Of a DNA stretch of 64,000 nt, positions 1-12,464 are shown piece by piece. Position 1 is the stretch's first letter; each line of letters opens with the position of its first letter. The DNA is taken from assembly GCA_963514005.1 (NCBI GenBank), contig OY740810.1:20026001-20090000 (forward strand). Direction: 5' to 3'. The notes beneath the pieces were generated by a model. The model did no database searches, was not told the origin of the DNA, and saw nothing but the letters and a program-made list of their open reading frames with translations. Origin of the DNA: Raja brachyura. Taxonomy: Eukaryota. A program made the position numbers and the translations under genes.

Positions 1-2074
1 TACGTTGATCGCAATGGTCTAAATCCTTTTTTTCCACTTGCAGGAGTAATGTTTATTCCCATTATCTCTGCCCCCATCTGTCTAGCCCATGAGAAGTCTG
101 CCCAAAACTAGCATAGCACATTGTGTTTTATATTCCAGTAATGAAGTAAAATGCACAAGTGGAAAATAATTTTACTTGTAAGTTGTCACTTTGGATTGTA
201 TGTCAACTGTGCAGATGTGGTTTGTATTGGGGTTATTAGGAACATTACTGTACATGTCTTTTATAAGAAGTTACTGTTTTTATGACCAATTTTCATGAAA
301 ATGCATATTGCTGTACAGTCCAGTGGAAAAACAGCAGGTCTGAAGTATGTAGACTGGAATAAATTCTCTTTGAAATAACATCCAGGCTCTTTTTTAATAA
401 CCTTTTATCTAGCTTCTGCCTCAGATCATCTTTATTTTGTACCTATGTCTGATAAATAGCCTAAACTTTTGGAAACCATTTTCATTGAACACTGAAGTTG
501 GATTCCATTGGTGGCTTCAGCCCAGTGTGGAAGGATAACATCCAGACGAGCGTTCATGTTCTCACTTATAAAATAGGTTCTGCAATCAAATCACAACTTA
601 ACTGCAATGTTGTGTTTTTCTTACTGAACATCTAAAATTGCTGCACATGTTCTTATAGAAGCTGGATAATTGTGACCTTGTGGGCGAAAAGTAGGTTAAA
701 CCTTTACCAAGGAACTTCTACGCAAGATGATGTAACTGATATTAAAAATAATTAATCAGCCTAGGTTAATGTTTACACAATGACATGATGAAAACATCTA
801 GTATTTTGCACCTTAATTTGGTGAATATAATGATCACAAGGATATGAAAATTTAAGTTTGACTTGAGGTTGATTCTGAATTGTTTTTATGAAATGGCTTT
901 AATAGCCCTACAATGAATCCTTGTACTTGACCGATACTTGTCAAATTTAAACAGATCCTTGCTTTCAAATCTCTTTAGTCTAAACCCCATCCATTCGCTC
1001 CAGCACTATGGCACTTCTGTCCTGAGTGAGGCCAAGTATGTGTATTCCATATTTCTAGTCCACCAGAAATGGCAGCATAGATTTTATTGATACTTGGCCT
1101 AAAAATTGCTCTCAACCCATTCCTCAATCAGCAGATTATATTTGAATATTCCATTGGGGGAACGTGTTGCGTTGGGGGCGCAGGCCTCCCGTGTGACAGG
1201 GACTCAATGGGTCCCACTTGCTTTAGTTTGCATTAAATCTCTGGAACTGTTGGGGCATAATGCAACAGGAAGCATAAAACGGAAGCAAATGCTGCCCCTT
1301 ACATAATCATTGCACCAATCTTTCCGATGTATTCTCTGCTGATAAAACTTCCATTTTGGGACATGGGCACTTAATACTTTACACTCACCCAAACACCCAA
1401 ATGGGTGTCCATCATGAGCCATGGCCATATGTCACAGTTGCATTGTAGTTAAATCTTCATTTTTTGAATATATAACATACACTTGAATGTTTTTGGTACT
1501 CATCAGGAAAATGGGCTAAATTCTCTCACCCCCCCGCCCAGCCAATACCATTCCCATATTCATAATCCAGGTTATTCTAAAACATTGATAAATTGTTGTG
1601 TTAATACGTTACAGGGCATGAGTTTTGCTCTGGTAACCTGCAACTTGCATTCAATTCAATTTAACCAAAACCTTGGGAGGGTTTCAATTTCGCCAGCGAA
1701 CAGTTTCACCTGTGCTTCAATAAGAATTAAATGCCAGGTTCTCAGATGTTCATAGTGAAGCCATCTGTTAAATTGCTGCTTTTTGGAAGAACAAAAGTAG
1801 TCCACTGACTCAAATTTGATTTCATTTCTATCGATTGCCGAAGTTTAGATAGCAAACTTTTGGACCTTTTGCATGTAGTGGATTTTCCATATTGTACCTT
1901 GATAATTTTGCTATCTCTAGTCCAATTGCATAGATTGTCTGAAAATAACAAATTACTCTATGATCATTATACTATTTTAAGGGGTGGGGGGGATTATGGC
2001 ATGTCTCGGCCTTTTTTATAATTAAATGAAAAAATTAAAATTTGGGAGAAATGGCTTAATGGAATAAAAAATGT

Positions 2075-2372
2075 AGGGCGACACTGGTGCAGCGGTAGAG
2101 TTGCTGCCTTACAGTGCCAGAGACCCAGACTATGGGTGCTTGCCTGTACGGAGTTTGTACATTCTCCCTGTGAGCTGCATGGGTTTTCTCCGGGTGCTCC
2201 GGTTTCCTCCCACACTCCAAAGACGTACAGGTTTGTAGGTTAATTGGCTTGGTATAATTGTAAATTATCCCTATTGTGTAGGATAGTGTTAGTATGTAAG
2301 GATCACTGCACTGGTCAGCCGGATTCGGTGGGCCAATGGGCCTGTTTCCATACTATCTCTAAACTAAACTAA
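2075..2372 (+). mobile_element. tRNA-derived V-SINE (HE1-like)
   Basis: tRNA-like head, V-domain core GGTTTTCTCCGGGTGCTCCGGTTTCCTCCCAC, (CTAAA)n tail. Confidence 0.85.
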
Positions 2373-4504
2373 TTAATTTTATTTCAAAGATCATTACGTC
2401 TTCAACATTGCCACTCTGCACAAATTGAAGCTTTTAGAGAACTTTGATTAAGTCCTGCTTCAATGTCAAAGTAATGTTGATGTTTTGCTTTGTTCACTTA
2501 ATTGTTACAAATATGCAGAATGTTCTTTTTTTTTTACAAAAGCTATAGGATTCGGATATGATGCAGTCATCAACACCTTTGCTCAAATTCCAGGGGAAAT
2601 TTCCTGAGAAATGAAGAAAGAATTGGACTCATTTAGGTAAAACTGGAAAACTTATCTTCAGCTCATATTTTACCTTTTTGTCTCCAGTTTCCCCCAAAAG
2701 TACTTAACAGCTCAATTGAATGATTAGAGAATCCACACTTATTTTCTAAAGTTAAAACCACGGAAATAAAAGCGCTTTCTAATGTTCATGGAATTGGTTC
2801 TGGATTATTTTTGTCTTTTTCCTTTTCAAATCATTCTCTTTCAAAAAATGTGCAAGTTGCTCGGAAATTAAATCCTTGGGTAACTCAGTGTCTCAATATG
2901 TTGCCACTGCATTATCGTCAATGGCTGCAATTATTCAGCCTTTCCACTTATTTTGGTTCGAATTCCATATTTTGCAACTTCTGTGTATCAGCTCCCAAGA
3001 TCACACAGTGAATTCAAGTTCTGGTAACTCAGACTCACTTCAGAGACTTAGAAAATGATATGGCTTGACTGATTAAATAGCTTCCGTGAATTTGAAACAA
3101 TAAATTTCAGGGGATTTTTTGTAGAGAGAGATATGAAATTAGGCCTTTCTCATTTTTTGTATGTTACTTTAAATAAAAGAAGTAGAACAGTAACGTTGTT
3201 CATTCTTTCTGTAATTAAATCTGGGGGAATCTACCTTTTGAAGACATTTTAATTTAACCAAAGTGTCCACTAATCCTCTATTAGCAAAGATAAGCATCCA
3301 GAGGCTAGCTTAACTTCCTTTCTGTTCTAAAATCCTATTGTATAATTGTAGCATGCCATGATTTGTGTCACATTTGTTAAACATTTAATCATCAGTATAA
3401 TTTAATAAAGACACTTCAATTACAAGCATTACAGCTTGATATTGCAAGTCTTTGTTTCACCAACAACAGAATTGCAATCCACACTTCCAGCTCTTTTGAA
3501 TTGTTTAACAATAAATGAGTAATGATAGTCAAGACTAATTTTAAACAATTGCACTATGGGTAATTAACTTCTTCCAAACGTTGCCAGTGCATGAACAACT
3601 TTGCCCCAAAAGTATTTAATAATTATATTAAAGTTTTCTTTCATTGGTTTCACCCCTCTCATTCCTGAACCTGCTTCTCAATGCTTGGGTACTGATTATT
3701 GATGTTATCAAAGAACTTGACAATGTGGCCATTATTAATTTATAGGGGGCAGGGGTGTCGGCAAGGGTACAGCTGATGTAGCATGTTTTATCCCAGTGTT
3801 CACTTTTCAGAAAATAGATTGTCTTTCTGCTCCCAGTCCAGAATCACTAAAGTATTTTCTGACACTCCTCCATTGCACCTGCCAAATTTCTAATTCATAG
3901 GCTTGGAACTATGCGAATCCACCCTTTTCTACAGGTAACTCACTTTAAGGTAATTTGGGTAATGGAAATTTGCCCTTGTAGAATTCACAAATGCCAAACG
4001 ATGAAACTGGTACAGAATAAAAACTCACTCCCAACGAGAACCTTTTTTTTTTCAACTCTCATTAATGCAAACGTAGATGATGGGGTTGGCATTATGGAAA
4101 ACTGATACGGGTTTTTCTAGGAATGCAATCCCTGCAACGCAGAGGCTGTCTGTATGAAAACTGTGAAAGTGTAACTTCACTCTGCTCCAACACTCCTGGC
4201 TAGCATTAGATTACAAATGATTGCAAAGCAAAAGCAAGAATCAAGACTTTTTGTAGATATTGGTACACGTAAAAGTCACCCAGATTTCATTCACATTTTC
4301 CCTTACAAAATAATGTTCTTATCCTTGCCTTATACAAAAACAGAAAATGATGGAATGGTTGGGTAGCACCTGCAGAGAAAGAAACACAGAGCAATTCAAG
4401 TTGAGGAAGAAAGGTTTTGTGACCTATGATGTTGACTCTCTTTCTACAGATTCTGAAAGAACGCGTCTGAGTGTCCAGCATTTTCTGCTTGTCTTTTAGA
4501 TTTC

Positions 4505-5722
4505 AATAGACAATAGGTGCAGGAGTAGGCCATTCGGCACTTCGAGCCAGCACCGCCATTCAATGTGATCATGGCTGATCATCCCCAATCAGTACCCCGT
4601 TCCTGCCTTCTCCACATATCCCCTGACCGCTATCTTTAAAAGCCCTATCTAGCTCTCTTGAAAGCATCCAGAGAACCTGCCTCCACCGTCCTCTGAGGCA
4701 GGGAATTCCACAGACTCACAACTCTCTGTGGGGGAAAAAGTGTTTCCTCGTCTCTGTTCTAAATGGCTTACCCCTTATTCTTAAACAGTGGCCCCTGGTT
4801 CTGGACTCCCCCAACATCGAGACCATGTTTCCTGCCTCTAACGTGTCCAAACCCTTACCAATCTTATATGTTTCAATAAAATTCCCTCTCATCCTTCTAA
4901 ACTCCAGAGTGTACAAGCCCAGCTGCTCTATTCTCTCAACATATGACAGTCCTGCCATCCTGGGAATTAACCTTGTAAACCTACGCTGCACTCCCTAAAT
5001 AGCAAGAATGTCCTTCCTCAAATTAGGAGACCAAAACTGCACACAATACTCCAGGTGTGGTCTCACTAGGGCTCTGTACAACTGCAGAAGGACTTCTTTG
5101 CTCCTATACTCGACTCCTTGTTATAAAGGCCAACATGCCATTTGCTTTCTTCACTGCCTGCTGTACCTGCATGCTTACTTTCGTAGACTGATGAACAAGG
5201 ACCCCCAGAACCCCTTGTACTTCCCCTTTTCCCAACTTGACGCCATTTAGATAGTAATCTGCCTTCCTGTTTTGATACCATAGTGGATAACCCCAGCACC
5301 GAGCCTTGCGGTACCCCACTAGTCACTGTCTGCCATTCTGAAAGGGACCTGGTAATCCTTACTCTTTGTTTCCTGTCTGCCAATCAATTTTCTATCCATG
5401 ACAGCACTCTACCCCCAATACCATGTGCCCTAATTTTGCCCACGAATCTCCTATGTGGAACCTTATCAAATGCTTTCTGAAAGTCCAGGTATACTACATC
5501 CACTGGCTCTCCCTTGTCCATTTTCCAAGTTACATCTTCAAAAAATTCCAGAAGATTAGTCGAGCATGATTTCCCCTTCGTAAATCCATGCTGACTCGGA
5601 CCCACCCTGTTACTGCTATCCAAATGTGCAGCTATTTCATCTTTTATAATTGACTCCAGCATCTTCCCCACCACCGATGTCAGGCCAACTGGTCTATAAT
5701 TCCCTGTTTTCTCCCGCCTTTC
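4505..5722 (-). mobile_element. CR1-clade LINE, RT and 3' end
   Basis: QHGFTKGKSCSTNLLEFFE, VYLDFQKAFDKVPH, GVPQGSVLG, QRRFTRLIP, TRGH motifs; typical 3' UTR. Confidence 0.93.
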
Positions 5723-5924
5723 CTAGATCTACTGATTTTATTTTCAATCATTGCCATGGCCCAGTTACATGTATGGCGGATATCTTCAAAGTAGTAGTGG
5801 ATGGGTTTGCAAAGCCTTTTTTAATTTGAAAATGGGCATTTTCAAACTGACTGCGGAGGAGCTATACCTACGAATTCTACTAAATAGCTCAATTAATTCA
5901 TAAAAGCAAAAAAACTGGGAGAAG

Positions 5925-6345
5925 CTGGGTCTTTAGGTCTTTATTCTTTGGAGCGCAGAAGGTTAAGGGAGGACTTGATTGAGGTCTTTAAAATGATGAA
6001 AGGGAGAGAGAGAGTTGATGTGGATAAGCTTTTCCCATTGAGGGTAGGAAAGATTCAAACAAGAGGGCATGACATGAGAATTAAGGGACAGAAGTTTAGG
6101 GGTAACATGAGGGGGAACTTCTTTACTCAGAGAGTGGTGGCTGTGTGGAATGATCTTCCTGTAGAAGTGGTGGAGGCAGGATCGATTTTAACATTTAAAA
6201 CTAAAGTGGATAGGTATATGGATGGGAAGGGAATGGAGGGGTATGGTCTGAGTGCAGGTAGAGGGGACTAGGGGGAAATAAATGGTCGGCACGGACTGGA
6301 AGGGCTGAGAAGGCCTGTTTCCGTGCTGTAATTGTTATATGGTTA
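5925..6345 (+). mobile_element. CR1 LINE 3' fragment
   Basis: LERRRLREDLIEVFKMMKG...TRGH...FFTQRVVAVWNDLP. Confidence 0.9.
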
Positions 6346-7864
6346 TAAGCTGACACATCTGAAGTACAGATATTTTTTTAAATAAAGGTCTGACATTTCA
6401 GAAATTAGGTCCACTGCTTGAGAATTAGTAAACTGTTTAAATTTTAACCACTGACTGTATTCTGATGGATGGAATGGTTTAATTTGCCTTTCTATTGGTT
6501 TTTTAAATATTGTTGCATAAATAGTTAGCGCTGGTGGCATTATCAGTGGAGCTGATGCAAAGGATTAACAATCTGATGTGAACTACACCACGTACTTGGC
6601 AAAAAAACCTCATTGGCTTCATTGTGGACCCTTGTTGCAGGTAAGAATACACTTTTCAAGAATTTGTATGTTTGTGTTCATTTTCATAGTTTACATATGA
6701 GTTAGTATGTCCAAGCATTTCCACTGACAGTCCTTCCATCCTGTGTGTGGCACCTCTATTTAAAAAAAAAAAGACCTGTACCCCTTGGTTCAATTGGGAA
6801 ATAATTCCCAATATTACACAAACCATGAAAAGCAAGAAATATACTGATGACCAAGTGGTAATGCCATAACAATGGATTCTGGCCATTAGCCAACGGGAAG
6901 AACAATCTAATGAATGTCACAATTCATAATCATTAATAAAGTAGGTTATGTAGTGGACGTGGATCGAAGAGTTTGAAAATGCACCAGTGAATAGAATGAG
7001 GAAAGGTCCAGTTAATAAAGGAACTGGGAGAAGGCACTTGTGAAATGGGGACTCTGGTTGAGGGCACTAGCAAGTAATTGGCATAGTTTAAATACAACCC
7101 TCTGATACGTCAGCTGACTGCATACTGTTGATGTGTAGACCAGGGCAGCAAGCAAGGACAAGCATTTTATTCCACATTGCCAAATTTGTTTTATAAACTT
7201 TAATAAAATAACTGAAAATTAAAGTTTTTTCGGTCGACTAAAGAGAAACTATTGAAAGAACAAACCTTGCAAAGCTGAGGGAGTGGAAGACTAAATGATG
7301 ATGTGTAACATAGACATTGGTGTGATCTGGAATCGACTGCTGAGGCCATTTGCAGAGCTGGGTATGGTCAGCCATTTTAACATAGACCAAACCTAGTCCT
7401 TTCTATTCTCCATGATGCTTTGTATTCATCTCTCTTCTATCTATTTAATTCCAATAACAGTTGCCCAACAGGAAGTAAGTCCGTGTTCTGTGCAATTTCA
7501 GTCAGGGGAAAGTCTTGCATCATAGAAATCCTGCCCAACACCACAGCAGAGGTCAAATTTACAGGCTATGAACTTACATTTATGTTTTAATTTGTTTAAG
7601 CATGACACATGGACCTGGTAATATTTATTAACAGGTGAGGTGCTATTAACTTATGCTTGTGTCCTTAACAAAAGTTCTAATTTCTTGTCCTTAGTTCATT
7701 TCCCCACAATGAAGAAATATTTAAGTCAAACATGTTGACATAAAGACCATTCAGATGAGGATGGAAAAATTGCTTCCCTGAGAGACATAATGAACCTGAT
7801 GGGATTTCAAGATAGTTGCACAATGAGACATTACAAAATGAGAATTCTTAATAATTAAAATGTG

Positions 7865-8530
7865 AAATCGCGATAATGCAGGCCAGTGAACCTTGCACCA
7901 GTACTGGGTAAGCTATTGGAGATAGTGCTTAGGGATGTTATTTAATTGTGCTTGGAAGACAATGGGTTAATTATTGACAGCATTGTCTAGAGTAGGTACG
8001 TCTTGCAAACTTGATTGAGGAGGTGATGAAAGTGATTGAGGATAGGGCTGTGGATGTTGTGTACGTGGACGTTGGTAAGGCATTCGTCAAGATCTTTCAT
8101 TGTTTGATCCAGTAGGTCGAGGCACAGTGACTGGATTCACAACTTGTTTACCCTCTGAAGTAGTGGGGAAAATGTGTCATTCTGGTAAGAGGCTGTAACC
8201 AGTTGTGTTCCACATGGATCTGTGCCGGGACCTCTGCTGCGATAAATATATAAATTACTTGGACAAAAAAGTGGTTAGTAAGTTTGTTGATGACACAAAA
8301 ATTGGTGGAGTTGCGGATAGTGAAGGAGACTAACAGAATACAGCGGGATATAGATCTGTCACAGGCAGAGAAATGGCAGATGTGGTTTGATTTGGGGAAA
8401 TGTGAGATGGTGTGTTTTGTGAGATTAAATATATATGGAACGTATACAGTTAACAGGACACTTAACATTTTGATGTACAGAAGTACATGTGGGTGCAAGT
8501 CCATAGCTCCCTTAAAGTAGTGACGCAAAT
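7865..8530 (+). mobile_element. Degenerate CR1 RT fragment (resumes about 9245-9350)
   Basis: Remnants of the DVVYVD..KAF, SKFVDDTK and WQMWFDLGKCE motifs. Confidence 0.8.
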
Positions 8531-8534
8531 AGAT

Positions 8535-9235
8535 TGGAAAATTCCATCAAGGACCAGGTTTGGACAGCTGGAGGCAGCCCGGGATTCAATTCAATTCATT
8601 CTTTATTGTCATTGTGCAGTGTACAATACAGAGACAACGATTGGCAGATGATGGTGGATGTGGACCAACGGCTTACAGTTCCATCAGACATAGCCATCAC
8701 CAACTTGAGGCCTGATCTTGTGCTCTGGTCGACTCTCAGCGCATGGTGTATTTTGTGGAGCTCACAGTCCCTTGGGAGGATGCTGTGCAGGGAGCCTTCG
8801 AAAGAAAGAAACTGCTATACAGAGCTTGCAGCGGGGCTGGAGAGCTAAGATCTACCCAGTAGAAGTTGGATGTCGAGGATTTGTGGCAACATCTACCTTA
8901 AGACTGATGAAGGACCTGGGGATCAGCGGACAAGCCCTACGCCAGGCCATCAAAGAAACATCAAGGGTGGTAGAGTGGAGTAACCAGTGGCTCTGGCTGA
9001 AGAGGAAAGACCTCATTTGGTCTCCCAAATAACCGACTAGACAGATGCAGAGTGGGGTGGTTCTGGGATGCCAAAATGCACCGCTGAGCCTACTGGAGAC
9101 GTTGTGGGTTCAATCGGCAAAATGTCAATGAAAGTAGGTGCCCACTTAATAACCTCAATGACGTGTCTGCCTAGCCTTTCTCAACATCGGAGGAGCTTAG
9201 GTGAGTGCAGAAGGCTCCCATCACCATCGGGAATA
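8535..9235 (+). mobile_element. RLE-endonuclease non-LTR retrotransposon 3' end (HERO-like)
   Basis: Frameshifted RPDLVLWS...VELTVPWE...GWRAKIYPVEVGCRGFV: PD-(D/E)xK-type C-terminal endonuclease. Confidence 0.8.
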
Positions 9236-10699
9236 AGTTGATATTTGGCACTTTAAGCATCTTGTCCTGTGTATTTGTAAACATGGTAAAGAATGCTTAT
9301 GGAACGCATGCCTTCATCAGTCAGGGCATTACGTGTGAGAGCAGGAAGTCAGGTCGCAGTAAGTCAGCAGGTCAGACAGCATGTCTGGAGAACATAAGTG
9401 ATGTTTTTGATTGGGACCCTTCAGGCTGATTGTGGTGAGAGAGGAAGGATGGGAGGAGAGAGGAAAACTGGAAGACAGGAGGTTTTCTTTTGAAAACCAA
9501 CATCTGCAGTTCCTTGTATTAAAGTATATTTGTTAAAGTACTGCTCCACTGTAAAATCTCAAGGTATGCCTACTTTGAAGGAGTTCTCTCACCTACAAGG
9601 GTTCTGTGAGACTCTTACTGCTCCCCCTCCATGATTCCTGCTACTTTCCTGCTTTACGAACATGTTCTTACCTGAACTTGCTAACACAGCCACGTGTGTT
9701 TCCCCAGCAATTGCCGGTGCTGCCATCTTGTACCATGTGGCTTCCAACTCCGTTTTCAGAGCTCCTGGTTCATGTCCATTCAGAATTTCAGGGAACTCGC
9801 AATGGTTCTCCTGCGCCATGTGCTGGCACCAGCAACCCCTCACTCTGATTCTTCCCCCCAGCTCTGGACCACACTCACCCACACCTGCAAAGGACCTCAA
9901 CTTTACATTATTCTCCATTGGACCCACACCTTCAATCAATGCTTCCTCACTCGCCCGACCTCAAGCCTGCTTGCCTCCAGATCCTTCGCTGACTATCCTC
10001 GACAGCCACACTCCTGACCGACCTCAGGCCGGATGCTTCACTGCCGGATCACACCACGAGGTCAAAACATGCAACTCCTTCGCTGCTGGAAGGTGTAGCG
10101 ACCATGCTCGCCGTGCCCCCAACCACTTACAGGCGGGGGGCACTGAAGCTGCCATTGTTTGACCCCTCCACATCCCTGACTGCTCACAGCACAGGCCTAC
10201 AGACTACAAAATTCACCACATTCCTGGCCGGGCCTACAGGCACAACCACCACTGGCCCTCACAGCCTCCCCAACCTCTCCCAGGCTGGGCCTAACAACAC
10301 CAACCTTCAGGGCATCCCCACCTGCTCCCATGTTGAGCCTACCAATGCCGACCTTCACTACATCCCCAATTATTCCCTGGTTGGGCCTACTGATGACTTT
10401 CACAACATTCCACCCGCCCCCAGGCCAGGCCTACCAACACCGACCTTCACTGCATCCCCACAGGCGATCACCAGAAAATCATCTCCCAGAAAGTTTCCAA
10501 TCCCATCTCCTCTGACGATTGCCCCTCCACAACCTCAAACCTTATGGTTCTCTAGCTCTGCACCCCCTGCTTCTATCTTCCCAAAATCCACAAACCGGAC
10601 TGCCTTGGTAGCCCCACAGAGCCTATTCCCCTTTTGTCCATCTCTTCTGACCTATCTGCGACACCTCAAACACCCTTCAACTCTTCAATGACTTTCTAG

Positions 10700-12290
10700 T
10701 AGCAGAACCTCAGGTCTCATCTTTACCATGGACATCCACTTACTTTACACCTCCATCCCCACCAGGAATGTCACAAAGCCGTCCAGTTCGTTCTTGAATG
10801 GAGACCCAAATCAATTTCCACCTGGCGGAACATGTCCTCACCCTCAACAACTTTTCTTGACTCGTCTCACTTTCATCAATTTAAATGTCTAGCCATGGGC
10901 ACTCGCATGAGCCCCAGCTATGCCTGCCTTTTTTGTTGTTTATATCAAACAATCCTTGTTTCCAATTACACATAGGCACCATCCCCCAACTCATTCTGTG
11001 CTACGTTAATAACTACATCAGGGCTGCCTCCTGTACCCGCATTAACCTGTTGATTGCATTAAGTTTACCACTAACATCTACCCTGCCCTCATCCATTGGA
11101 CCATATTTGACACCCCTCTCCTTTTGTAATTTCTTTATCTCCATCATAGCAGACTATCAACTGACGCCTACTACTATATAAACCCACGATTATCTGATCT
11201 ACACGTCGTCTAACCCTGCCTACTCCCAATTTCCCTATCTGCCGCAACTGCTCCCAAGATGAAACTTTCCATTCTAGGTCATCCGAGATGTCCCCTTTCT
11301 TTAGTAAATGTGGTTTCCCCCCCAGCTGTCAAAGATGGACCCCTCACCTGTGTCTCCTCTGTGCAGTGTAGATCTCCTCTCACTACAACTCCCCCCCCCA
11401 CCCCCCCAGATGGAACTAAGATAGAGTTACCCTGGTCTGCAACTTTCACCCCACCAGACTTCACATCTAGCACACCATTCTCTGAAGGTGCACACAAAAT
11501 GCTGGTGTAAATCAGAGGGACAGGCAGCATCTCTGGATAGAAGGATTGGATGACGTTTCTGGTTGAGACTGTTCTTCAGACTGATGTCAGGGGAGTGTGT
11601 GGGGAAGTGGGAATGGATGAGACATCATTCTCTGACATTTCCATCTGCAATGTGATCCCACCACCGTTCATGCCTTCCCAACCCCATCCCTTTCCGCCTT
11701 CCACCGAGGCTACTCTCTGCAACTCTGGTTCATTCATCTCTTCCAGCCCAAACCATCCCTTACCTGGTACTTTCTTCTACAATTACAGGAGATTTGCCAC
11801 CTGTCACTATACCTCCGTCCTCACATCCATTTAGGGATCCCAGCAGTCCTTCGAGGTGAGACAAAGATTCATGAGCACCTCCTACTGGATCTGGTGCTCC
11901 AGGGGTAGCCTCCTGTGCATCGGTAATACCAAGCAAAGACAAGCGTCCATTTTGCCGAACTTTTGCACTTAGTCCATCAAGACTTATTGGATGTCCTGGT
12001 TGCTAACCATTTTTACTCCTCTACGCATTTCCATACTAAAGTTTCATCTCTGGCCTTTGTCCAACATCTGCCTATCAACCCCCACTCCCCGATCCAGGCT
12101 CTACCCTGCCCCTTCCAGCTTTCATTCTCCCCCTCTCACCCCACCACAATGACTAAAGAAAGCTCCTGACCCAAAACGTCGCCTGTTGGCAGTATGTTCT
12201 CCAGAGATGCTGCATGTCTGAGCCACTGAGTTACTCCAGCACTTTGTGTCATTATATTTGCAAACCAGCACCTGGGGTTCCTTGTGTTAA
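10700..12290 (+). mobile_element. Penelope-like element, degenerate RT plus GIY-YIG, with terminal repeat
   Basis: FTMDIHLLYTSIP, LTLNNF, AMGTRMSPSYACLF; GIY-YIG remnant near 11830-12050. The element may extend 5' to about 9560. Confidence 0.82.
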
Positions 12291-12464
12291 AGTGCAGCCC
12301 CACAAAAACTTTGTTTAGGCTGAATTTGAAATATTGCATGCATTTGTTATTGTCCCTTTACAGGTACAGATGTGAAGGCTTTGGAGAAGATTGAGAAAAG
12401 GTTTATCAGGATGCTGTTTGGATTAAAGAGTATTAGCTGTGAGCGCCTTAAGGGAGTATTAGCC

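Noticed and set aside
1-400. Possible 3' UTR end of a neighbouring + strand gene (AATAAA near 358)
   Set aside because: Composition and one hexamer only; no exon evidence.
2075-2150. tRNA gene
   Set aside because: It is the tRNA-derived head of a V-SINE, with no intact cloverleaf.
2549-6646. Splice-like candidates at 2549-2636 and a donor at 6641 (also an acceptor near 16653)
   Set aside because: The 2549-2636 candidate has stops in all three frames; no recognisable protein or linkable gene model.
9589-10691. Long Pro/Thr-rich ORFs
   Set aside because: Low-complexity sequence upstream of the Penelope RT; most likely TE-derived.
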